A stretch of 63,056 nucleotides of DNA, filler included, from Octopus bimaculoides (lineage: Eukaryota): the NCBI RefSeq assembly GCF_001194135.2. It is 5 parts of 5 records of this genome, joined end to end, with 100 filler letters (N's around TTAATTAATTAA, not from the genome) between each part and the next. Parts side by side here need not be neighbours in the genome. Positions count along the whole stretch, not along the records: positions 28,043 to 54,394 come from NC_069007.1; 4 more parts are not named here. The stretch is one strand, 5' to 3'. A program made the position numbers and the translations under genes. The notes under the pieces were generated by a model. It was not told the origin of the DNA. It saw only the letters and a list, made by a program, of their open reading frames with translations, and searched no databases. Positions 38,250-48,891 of this stretch are shown piece after piece. Within the stretch, counting starts at the first letter, position 1. Each line of letters opens with the position of its first letter.

Positions 38250-38741
38250 ATATCTGATAGTACTTGATGAATAGCAGTTGAACAGAAATCACAGAATTGA
38301 ATTATATGCAATTTTTATTTTTCCTTCTGTGAATGCTTCTGTGACACAATATTGAAAAAATAGGAATACATCTCCATGCACACACACACACACACACACA
38401 CATTTTATGTTACTTAACAACACAAACACACACTTGCATACATATGTGGATACAGAGCTACAGAATGTTTTTAAAGTCCTATTGATTTTTCAGTTTTACG
38501 AAACATTTGATACGTCTTTTCTTTTATGCAGGTAAATATAATGCAATCAACTGTGTTTTATGAGAAACTATAACTTTAAGCACAACAATGGAAACCATGG
38601 TCTCGGTGCCGGAGGCGGCAGAGATTTATGGGAAAGAATAATCAGTTTGGGTTTTAAATGACATTTAGAGAAATTCAATATATATATATATATATATATA
38701 AAAAGAAAATTTGAACATATTCCTATGGTTACATACTTTAC

Positions 38742-38792
38742 CTGTTGTATGAGGTGTAACTGGTTGTGAAGTTACAATGGAGGAAGGATGTA
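38742..38792 (-). CDS. Micro-exon E (51 nt, phase 1-1): (V)HPSSIVTSQPVTPHTT
   Basis: Acceptor ttccacattaacagcttcag and donor ACAG|gtaaag. The 3-nt length difference from exons A-D preserves frame. Confidence 0.85.
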
Positions 38793-39027
38793 CTGAAGCT
38801 GTTAATGTGGAAAAAGTAAAATGTTGTTAAATAAGTTGATGTCTTTGTTTTTTTTTAACAGAAATAAGCATGTTTATATGGTAGTACTTCATGGATAGTA
38901 GCTGAAGAGAAATCTCTGGATTGAAGTATATTCAATGTTATATTCAATGTTATATTCAATGTTATATTCAATGTTATATTTTTCTTTATATTATATCCAA
39001 TTATTTTTTTTTTCTTAGTGCTAAAAT

Positions 39028-39330
39028 CTTTACTCTTTTACTTGTTTCAGTCATTTGACTGCGGCCATGCTGGAGCACCGCCTTTAGTCGAGCAAATCAA
39101 CCCCAGGACTTATTCTTTGGAAGCCTAGTACTTATTCTATCGGTCTCTTTGTGCCGAACCGCTAAGTTACGGGGACGTAAACACACCAGCATTGGTTGTC
39201 AAGTGATGTTGGGGGGACAAACACAGACACACAAACACACACATATATATACATATATACGACGGGCTTCTTTCAGTTTCCGTCTACCAAATGCACTCAC
39301 AAGGCTTTGGACGGCCCGAGGCTACAGTAG
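39028..39330 (-). mobile_element. SINE family A, truncated by a gap
   Basis: Reverse complement of the family A 3' two-thirds. Confidence 0.85.
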
Positions 39331-40617
39331 NNNNNNNNNNNNNNNNNNNNNNNNNNNNNNNNNNNNNNNNNNNNNNNNNNNNNNNNNNNNNNNNNNNNNN
39401 NNNNNNNNNNNNNNNNNNNNNNNNNNNNNNNNNNNNNNNNNNNNNNNNNNNNNNNNNNNNNNNNNNNNNNNNNNNNNNNNNNNNNNNNNNNNNNNNNNNN
39501 NNNNNNNNNNNNNNNNNNNNNNNNNNNNNNNNNNNNNNNNNNNNNNNNNNNNNNNNNNNNNNNNNNNNNNNNNNNNNNNNNNNNNNNNNNNNNNNNNNNN
39601 NNNNNNNNNNNNNNNNNNNNNNNNNNNNNNNNNNNNNNNNNNNNNNNNNNNNNNNNNNNNNNNNNNNNNNNNNNNNNNNNNNNNNNNNNNNNNNNNNNNN
39701 NNNNNNNNNNNNNNNNNNNNNNNNNNNNNNNNNNNNNNNNNNNNNNNNNNNNNNNNNNNNNNNNNNNNNNNNNNNNNNNNNNNNNNNNNNNNNNNNNNNN
39801 NNNNNNNNNNNNNNNNNNNNNNNNGTAGTAGCAAATATTCGAACAAGGCGGCGAGCTGGCAGAAACGTTACCCCACCGGGCAAAATGCTTAGCAGTATTT
39901 CGTCTGCTATTACTTTCTGAGTTCAAATTCCGCTGAGGTCAACTTTGCCTTTCGTCTTTTCGGGGTCGATAAATTAAGTACCAGTTATGCACTGTGGTCG
40001 ATGTAATCGACTTAATCCCTTTGTCTGTCCTTTCTATGTTTAGCCCCTTGTGGGCTATAAAGAAATAAGAAGCTTGTTTTCTAACCAGATGATTCCGGGT
40101 TCAGTCCCACTGCATGGCACCTTGGGCAAGTGTTTTCTACTAAAGCCTTGAATGGATTTGGTAGATGGAAACTGAAAGAAGCCCATCGTATATGTGTGTG
40201 TGTGTGTTTGTGTCTGTGTTTGTCAGCTCACCATCGTTTGGTGTGTTTACATGCCCGTAACTTAGCAGTTTCCTTCTACCAAATCCACTCACAAGGCTTT
40301 GGTCAGTCCGAGGCTATAGTAGATGACACTTGCCAAAGGTGCCATGTAGTGGGACTGAACCCAGAACCATGTGGTTGGTAAGCAAGCTACTTACCACACA
40401 GCCACTCCTGCGCCTATGTATATAAATAAAATACCATTGAAAAGATCTGAACAATCACAGATAACCAAAATAGTAACTGATAACAATTTCTATAAGTATA
40501 GTCTTAAAAGCTAAGAAATAGGCAGAAATAATCTGTTTTGGTTTTAAAGAGAACTTATTCAAGTTCTATATGTAAAGAAAATGTTTGAAGAAATGATTCA
40601 AATGGTTAACTACTTAC

Positions 40618-40677
40618 CTGTTGAATGAGGTGTAACTGGTTGTGAAGTTCCAATGGAAGAAGAAGGTTGTGTTGAAC
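40618..40677 (-). CDS. Micro-exon F (60 nt, phase 1-1): (G)STQPSSSIGTSQPVTPHST
   Basis: Acceptor ttccttccacctctatag and donor ACAG|gtaagtag. Paralogous to exons A-E. Confidence 0.85.
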
Positions 40678-41736
40678 CTATAGAGGTGGAAGGAATAAAA
40701 TGATGTTAAATAAGTTTTTGCCTTTGTCTTTTTTTTTAACAAAAAGAAACATGTTTATAAGATAGTATTTAATGAATAGTAATTGAAGAGAAATCTGAGA
40801 ATTGAAGTAAATACGATTTTATATTTTTCCTAGAGTCTGTAAAAAGATATAAAAAATATGAACATGCACTCATGCATGCATACACACACTCTCAAAATTT
40901 AACAGGTAGAATTTTATATTATCAGGTCATTAAGAATGAAATGTCCAATTTTGAACTGAAAGTTTATTTTAAAGTTATCTCAGCAAAAAGCAATGCAGTT
41001 AAACAAAGTATGCACCTAAATTATCAACACAATTTTGCCATTTTATTGGTAGCTTATTTATGCTGGCAGTGAAGAATTCTGGAGAGCAAGAGGTGATGGA
41101 ATCACGAAAGGCTGTTTTCATCATTAAGGATGGGGTTACCACCCAGAAACTTGAGTTTGTGTATATCATGTAAGGCTAGATATGGGAGCGATGACCTCCC
41201 CTCACAAATACTAATCAGACACAGAATGTGTGTCGTTAGCCAGCAGGAAGAGATGTCTTCCTGGGGCTATAAATGTCAGTAGCACTGTCCTGTACAGGAC
41301 GCCACACTTGGCTGGCAATTATATGTTACAATTCCATATTGCTACTGTTTACATCTCGCTCAGAGATTTAATATATCTATGCATATAAATTTGTCATGGA
41401 CTATTCTTTCTTGTCTTGGGATTCATGGTCAAATAGCTGGGTGGAATTGTGTGAAAAATTACACAGAAGTGTAAAATGATCTGGTGGTGTTGCTAGGGTT
41501 TGTATTTTTTCATAGCTCCCATGGTTACCGAGATAATCTATTATAGTAATACTCTTGTGTTTATGAATGAGAAAGGAAGGGGTGATAGATGAATAAAGAA
41601 GGAAGGGATGATGTCATACTTGGTAGTGGGATGATGAAAATTGTACCCTGAAAAAATAAATCAAACAGCGTTTCAACTGTGTGAATATATGTGTGTGTAT
41701 GTAAAAGGGGGTTATGTGAATGTGTGTGTGTGCGTG

Positions 41737-41809
<73 letters not shown>

Positions 41810-42069
41810 AATAATGATAATGATATGTGAATGGAAATTTTTATATTTTACTAATGCCTTGTGATNNNNNNNNNNNNNNNNNNNNNNNNNNNNNNNNNNN
41901 NNNNNNNNNNNNNNNNNNNNNNNNNNNNNNNNNNNNNNNNNNNNNNNNNNNNNNNNNNNNNNNNNNNNNNNNNNNNNNNNNNNNNNNNNNNNNNNNNNNN
42001 NNNNNNNNNNNNNNNNNNNNNNNNNNNNNNNNNNNNNNNNNNTAGAACAGATAAAAAATTTTGTATTCG

Positions 42070-42668
42070 AAGTTATTTCACGTTAAAAATTGTCGTATTT
42101 CGATAATTTCAACTAATCACTGACGTCTATTAAGTTGAAAACAGTTAGCGCTGTAACGGTGTATATCGTATTAATCCCCGTTAGTTCTGAAATTTCTGAT
42201 TAACTAGACTGTTCGTAAACAAATGGGAAAAAGCCATCAAAATACTTGAATGTTGCCTGCACTTGTTATTGGAGCTGGCAGAATTATTAATGCACGTCCA
42301 AGTGCTTCATTTCCTAGAAATAGCAGCCAAATCTTCTTTAAATCAAACTCTAGTTTAGGGTTAGGGTTCGGGTTTTAGAGTTAGGGTTGGGGTTATGAGT
42401 GAAGTTATGGCAAAAATAATCATAACCCTAACGGTAACGGTAACCCTAACTCTAGAATCCGAACTCTAAAATTGTTACACACACAGATACGCACAGCGTA
42501 ATTTATTATATAAACAATATATGCGTATAAATTACGATTAAACCGGATGAAATATGTCACAGGGAATAACATTTTTATGACCGGCCAGCGGTAACTGTAT
42601 TCAGCTGAATAGACGTCAGTGATTGGTTGAAATTATAGAAATACAACAACTTTAACATGAAATAACTT
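42070..42668. mobile_element. Non-autonomous TIR element with about 60-bp TIRs and internal TTAGGG and CCCTAA tracts
   Basis: aagttatttcacgttaaa...tcactgacgtctatt versus aatagacgtcagtga...tttaacatgaaataactt. Degenerate TTAGGG at about 42352-42400 and CCCTAA at about 42423-42452. Confidence 0.8.
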
Positions 42669-42960
42669 GTGATGTACAAAATTTTGTTAAGAAGGTTAAG
42701 ACAAGAAGTTGTTTTATATGACACATTCTATCAGTGTCCCAAGTTTGAAAGTGTTCCGTTAAGAAAACAAATGTTGCCTGTCAAACTCCAAAGATCCCAA
42801 AAGTGCACTTCTAACAGAGTAGACCATGATATTGACTTATAAAAATATTTAATATACCTTATAGTATATTTAGAGATTAACAAAATGATACATTTACATA
42901 TATCCATACGTGTGTGTATGTGTGTATTTACAAAGTAAACATAAGTTTTTATTCACTAAC

Positions 42961-43002
42961 CTGTCTGAATAGATGAGGAATATGGGACTGCAGTAGATGA
43001 TG
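42961..43002 (-). CDS. Micro-exon G (42 nt, phase 1-1): (T)SSTAVPYSSSIQT
   Basis: Acceptor gatattctaaattttcag and donor ACAG|gttagt. Symmetric and S/T/P-rich. Confidence 0.8.
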
Positions 43003-44065
43003 CTGAAAATTTAGAATATCAAAAGTGTAATATACATTATATGTAAGACGAAAAAGTTACACACACACACACACACACACACAGAGCTTATCTCCCCTTC
43101 TCACATGTAATTTAAAAGCAATATTGACATGACGAACTGTTTACCTTTTTAAATGTTTTCGTCTTGAGTTTTCCTGGGATTTTCTCTTATGTTTCTGACC
43201 AAGGATGAAAGTGAAATATAAACCTTTCGGCGGCTTACCTCAAAACGAAAGATTGCCAACATTTCTCCTTATATTTCTTGTTGTCTCATACATGTCAGTG
43301 TGTGTGTGTGTATACACACACACACATATACATACATACACATAAATATATATATACATACATATATATATTTATATATATATATATATATATACNNNNN
43401 NNNNNNNNNNNNNNNNNNNNNNNNNNNNNNNNNNNNNNNNNNNNNNNNNNNNNNNNNNNNNNNNNNNNNNNNNNNNNNNNNNNNNNNNNNNNNNNACTTC
43501 ACTTCTTCAGACTTAGGGACACAAATCGATGTGGAAAAGGTGATTATGGAAACTCAAGGATTCTTCAAACAAGCAGAGATTTAGAGATATTCTAAATGAA
43601 GCATTCGATGAGAAGGAATAAATGATGGTGATGATTGATATAGAAGAAAACTGGAAGTTCTTGTGGGACAATCTACTGGGGGCAACAGACCAAATCTCTG
43701 GTTGGAGCAAAGTTTCTACCAGTTAAAGGATGTCATAGTAGTGGAGCAATGAGGTTGACAGGGCCATAAAAAAGTAGAGACAAGTTTGGAAAGAGCAGAA
43801 AAGTGGGGGATAGCAAAGAACTATATCATATAGCTAAAAGGGAAGCTAGGTGACAGGTTTATCTAGCTAGAACTGAAGCAGAAAGGAAGAGGTTTGCCGG
43901 TGTCTTACAGCATGAAGGTCAGAGACTTGAGGTGTTCCAGATTGCTAGACAGTATGTGAGAGAGAATTGAGATGTTGTGGGGGAGAAGTGTGTATGGATG
44001 GATAATGGTGTGCTTGCACTTAGTGACTTTGACAAGAAAGAGGTGTGAAAGTGTGAGACGACTGC

Positions 44066-44390
44066 TGTTATCGTGAGGCCTAACTCATCGTAAGGTAAAT
44101 ACCGCCATGACCGATATCCAAAATACAGTGGAGAAGGCTAGCCACTGGATTTGGGTAAAAAGAGATGATGAGCGATGGCTAGAGAAATATTGAGCTTTGT
44201 TTTTAATAATCAGTTGATCTAGCAAGCGGGGCCTCATATCAATGAGGGGCGCCGGTGCGCATTGATGCCGTCAAGAGGTAGGCCCCAAAACGGCGCGCAT
44301 TCTCTCCTGATGACCCCATGCACTTGCTGGCTTCCGGTATGCGGAGTTCTACACTGGTAGCACTTGCATGTGCGAGTTGTTTGCAAGACA
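44066..44390. mobile_element. Candidate solo LTR (325 bp, TG...CA) inserted in the RTE
   Basis: Begins TGTTA and ends AGACA, is GC-richer than its flanks and interrupts the RTE frame. No clean TSD. Confidence 0.45.
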
Positions 44391-44735
44391 TTGTGGAGAA
44401 TGAATGGGAGAAAGGGAGTTTCCCTTATATGAACTAAACTGAGGAACCAGCTATCCTAGTTGACAGCAGTATGATAGATAAGGCAGTTAAGGATATGAAG
44501 ATAGGGAAAGCACTCAGTGCATCAGGAATCACTGTTGAGGTGCTTAAAATATCTGGTGGGGTGGGTTACAACTGAACCGCTTGATATAAGCTGATTATCT
44601 ATACAGGTGACTAGACCAGGATATAGTCTAGTCACCTGTATAGTTAATCAGGTTGTTCAGGAAGGTGTAATCCTCAGTGACTGGTGTAGCAGCATCATAT
44701 TCAGCTGCTACAAGGGTAAGGGAGATGCCTTAGAT

Positions 44736-45030
44736 CAGGAGTTTTCAAACTATGGTCTGCGGACCACAGGGGGTCCGCAAGGACAAGAGAGGGGGTCCGT
44801 GGACAGCAAATACTTTTTATGGGCAATTTGATTTTATATATGTTTTTTAATCGAAATCTTTTAATTGACAATAAACCTATTTGTTAAATACTGTTAAATA
44901 AATAAATGTAAAACTATGTTATTTTAAGCAAATATTTACGTATAAATTTCATAAGCGTTTATAAGGGGGTACCTAAGGTAGAGCCTGAAATATAAAGGAG
45001 TCCGCAAGTCATAAAGTTTGAAAACCCCTG
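44736..45030. mobile_element. hAT MITE with 16-bp TIRs and 8-bp TSD
   Basis: TIR caggagttttcaaact / agtttgaaaacccctg (1 mismatch). TSD ccttagat at 44728-44735 and 45031-45038, with a central TA as in Buster/Charlie-type hATs. Confidence 0.92.
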
Positions 45031-45165
45031 CCTTAGATAGAAGTAGTCATAGGGGCATCAAATTGCCTGACCAGGTGATGAAATTTGCAGAGAGAGTTAT
45101 GTTCAATTAATTAGGAACAGAATTACATACCAGCATGGAGAACAGATGCTAAATAATGATGATGA

Positions 45166-45259
<94 letters not shown>

Positions 45260-45424
45260 TTACAACTGGTGTTCTTGAACGAAATCCAGTCCATTCAAAT
45301 CAGATTTTGTTACATGTGAGGTAAAAGAAAAAATAAAAGAAACAAACAAAACAAACACATACAGACACAAAACAGCAGTAATACATTAAAGCACATCAGA
45401 TAGAATTAAATATGATTAACTTAC

Positions 45425-45560
45425 TTATTCGTTGGAAACAGCCAATAATTGTCATAGTGACAGTCATTGGTTCTTGTGAGTTTACTGATTGAAAGTGAAT
45501 CAGAATCTGTCTTGCATTTGTTCCTTGTGGTATTGTACCATTTTCAGTTGCTTCGAAAGT
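45425..45560 (-). CDS. Exon H (136 nt, phase 0-1): C-terminal third of discoidin-like domain 1, TFEATENGTIPQGTNARQILIHFQSVNSQEPMTVTMTIIGCFQRI
   Basis: Acceptor ggttctttgttcaatag and donor ATAA|gtaagtt. Phases fit exon I and exon G. ARQILI...TIIGC parallels the F5/8C ending AR.IRI...LELYGC. Not in the ORF track. Confidence 0.9.
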
Positions 45561-45889
45561 CTATTGAACAAAGAACCGGACATGATATTATGAGAACACA
45601 GCTTTACAGAGTGTAGTAAGTACCCGGTGTCTTGTCTTATATTTAGACTATGTGAATACCTAGTCAAGTTCGATAAAATATCCATCAGTGAAATAAATTA
45701 GAACTAAACCATTTCATTCCGTCTGTTTTCCTAAACAAAGAAAAGCTTGCATTTAATGAAAAGACCTCAGTATAAGCAGTATAGAGTGAACCCCACCAGC
45801 AATTTGATTGGTTCAACGTTCTTGCCTGTAGCTGTTTCACTTGTTTAGCCATTGGTCAGCACAGGTCCAATTGGAGTATGGTCAAAGCT

Positions 45890-47376
45890 ATTACTCTTTA
45901 CTTGTTTCAGTCATTTGACTGCGGCCATGCTGGAGCACCACCTTATAGTCGAGCAAATCGACCCCAGAACTTATTCTTTGGAAGCCTAGTACTTATTCTA
46001 TCGATCTCTTTTGCCGAACCGCTAAGTTACGGGGACGTAAACACACCAGCATCGGTTGTCAAGCGATGTTGGGNNNNNNNNNNNNNNNNNNNNNNNNNNN
46101 NNNNNNNNNNNNNNNNNNNNNNNNNNNNNNNNNNNNNNNNNNNNNNNNNNNNNNNNNNNNNNNNNNNNNNNNNNNNNNNNNNNNNNNNNNNNNNNNNNNN
46201 NNNNNNNNNNNNNNNNNNNNNNNNNNNNNNNNNNNNNNNNNNNNNNNNNNNNNNNNNNNNNNNNNNNNNNNNNNNNNNNNNNNNNNNNNNNNNNNNNNNN
46301 NNNNNNNNNNNNNNNNNNNNNNNNNNNNNNNNNNNNNNNNNNNNNNNNNNNNNNNNNNNNNNNNNNNNNNNNNNNNNNNNNNNNNNNNNNNNNNNNNNNN
46401 NNNNNNNNNNNNNNNNNNNNNNNNNNNNNNNNNNNNNNNNNNNNNNNNNNNNNNNNNNNNNNNNNNNNNNNNNNNNNNNNNNNNNNNNNNNNNNNNNNNN
46501 NNNNNNNNNNNNNNNNNNNNNNNNNNNNNNNNNNNNNNNNNNNNNNNNNNNNNNNNNNNNNNNNNNNNNNNNNNNNNNNNNNNNNNNNNNNNNNNNNNNN
46601 NNNNNNNNNNNNNNNNNNNNNNNNNNNNNNNNNNNNNNNNNNNNNNNNNNNNNNNNNNNNNNNNNNNNNNNNNNNNNNNNNNNNNNNNNNNNNNNNNNNN
46701 NNNNNNNNNNNNNNNNNNNNNNNNNNNNNNNNNNNNNNNNNNNNNNNNNNNNNNNNNNNNNNNNNNNNNNNNNNNNNNNNNNNNNNNNNNNNNNNNNNNN
46801 NNNNNNNNNNNNNNNNNNNNNNNNNNNNNNNNNNNNNNNNNNNNNNNNNNNNNNNNNNNNNNNNNNNNNNNNNNNNNNNNNNNNNNNNNNNNNNNNNNNN
46901 NNNNNNNNNNNNNNNNNNNNNNNNNNNNNNNNNNNNNNNNNNNNNNNNNNNNNNNNNNNNNNNNNNNNNNNNNNNNNNNNNNNNNNNNNNNNNNNNNNNN
47001 NNNNNNNNNNNNNNNNNNNNNNNNNNNNNNNNNNNNNNNNNNNNNNNNNNGTTGTGAGTGTTTATTGAGTGAAAACACCTAAAGCTCCACGAAGCTCCGG
47101 CAGGGGATGGTGGCGAACCCTGCTGTACTCTTTCACCACAACTTTCTCTCACTCTTCCTTCCTGTTTCTGTTGTGCCTGTAATTTAAAGGGGTCAGCCTT
47201 GTCACACTGTGTCACGCTGAATCTCCCCGAGAATTACGTTAAGGGTACACGTGTCTGTGGAGTGCTCAGCCACTTGCACGTTAATTTCATGAGCAAGCTG
47301 TTCCGTTGTTCGGATCAACTGTAACCCTCGACGTCGTAAGCGACGGAGTGCCAACAACAACAACAACAACAACAAC
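45890..47376. mobile_element. SINE A 3' part (45890-46073, minus) and SINE B (47051-47376, plus) on either side of a gap
   Basis: Identity to the full copies described above. Confidence 0.8.
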
Positions 47377-47914
47377 CCATGGTTATTTACTGATACACAG
47401 ATACACCAGTACAGAAGATTGTAAACATTGGAATTGTTACATGGTTATTTACTGATACACTAAGACACCAGTACATTGTTTTTGTTTGACCCTTCAGCCA
47501 TTCTAACATTTTGTCTATGTATTGGTGTACACAAATATACCGGTACAGAAGACTGTAAACAACGAAAGTAGCTGTAAAAAGATTTTTGGTATCAGACATC
47601 GTTACAACGGTAAATGCTAGACAGAATGGTAGACAGGATGAAGAGAGAATGATAGAGATGTGTCGTGGTGGTATAAAATGTCCTTTACTATCTTGTACAA
47701 AATGTGATATCATCGATGTCATAGTATAAAATGTCCGTTACTATAGTTGACAACAGAAAGCTTATTTTTGAGAAAATGTTATGTTGTTTCAATCCAAATG
47801 TTAGTAAACATTACATGTTGACACTCGCGGGGTGTAATACTAGTACCTTGTAAAATTTGATTTGATTCAGTGGAGCTGTTTGAGAATGCATAGGGAACAG
47901 ACAGACAGGAAGAC

Positions 47915-48361
47915 AATGATCGTTGCCAAGAGCACCGTCCGAGCGTGATTGTTGACAGAGCAGCTGTCTGGCTTTCGTGCTGGTGGCATGTAAATAGCAC
48001 CATTTGAGCATGATCGTTACCAACGTCGCCTTCCTGGCACTTGTGCTAGATGGCACGTGAAAAGGCATTCAAGCGAGTTCGTTGCCAGTACAGCTAGACT
48101 GGCTCCTGTGCAGGTGGCACGTAAAATACACCATTTCGAGCGTGGCCGTTGCCAGTACCTCCCGACTCGCCATCGTGCCGGTGGCACGTAAAAGCACCCA
48201 CTACACTCTCGGAGTGGTTGGCGTTAGGAAGGGCATCCAGCTGTAGAAACTCTGCCAAATCAGATTGGAGCCTGGTGTAGCCATTTGGTTCACCAGTCCT
48301 CAGTCAAATCGTCCAACCCATGCTAGCATGGAAAGCGGACGTTAAACGATGATGATGATGA
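47915..48361 (+). mobile_element. SINE-like family D (internal ggtggcacgtaaaa subrepeats, (GAT)n tail)
   Basis: 3' end ...ggcgttaggaagggcatccagctgtagaaac...cgttaaacgatgatgat recurs at about 28165-28320 (-), 53619-53762 (+) and 58945-59190 (+). Confidence 0.8.
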
Positions 48362-48891
48362 TAGATAAGAAAATGAAAGTAACTCATAAAAATAAGTGAG
48401 AGGAGTAAGACATTTCATACATGGCAGTCCAGTCTAAAAACTCAAAATATTTTTTTTTTGTTCCCTAATTGTAATTTTTAGTATAAATAACAAATATATG
48501 ACAGTTATTTGCATTTTTAAAATCTCTCTTGTGTCTGATAGAATTTTTTCTTGAAGAAAAACATTAAAAATCTGTTAGAAGTTACAAAAAAAAAAATAGA
48601 GATAATCTGCTGAAAATAATTTAGTTTTCCTCTTAACCAACATTTGTACCTATCCCCATTTAACAATTAAGCATTTAAACTGGCCATATCTGGCCAAAAT
48701 AGATCCGGCTTCTCACACTTATCCTACAATGTCATTCTCAAAATAAACAATCACACCATCAAAATCTCAAGGTCAAAAGATAATGCATAATTAATTTAAA
48801 ATAATTTGAATGAATAAGTTTTATGCTTGACAGAAAAATCTAAATGTTAAATGATTAAATTAATATAAAAGTAAATATTTATGTCACTTAC

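Larger units (their letters stand above)
43500..45125 (+). mobile_element. Decayed RTE-clade LINE (linker to RT start) carrying nested insertions
   Basis: Peptides EENWKFLWDNLLGATDQI, KREAR*QVYLAR, KAVKDMKIGKA, DWCSSIIFSCYKGKGDALD and RGIKLPDQVMK. Confidence 0.85.

Noticed and set aside
14463-47215. Long ORFs in the track that contain X runs
   Set aside because: They are open only because N gaps contain no stop codons.
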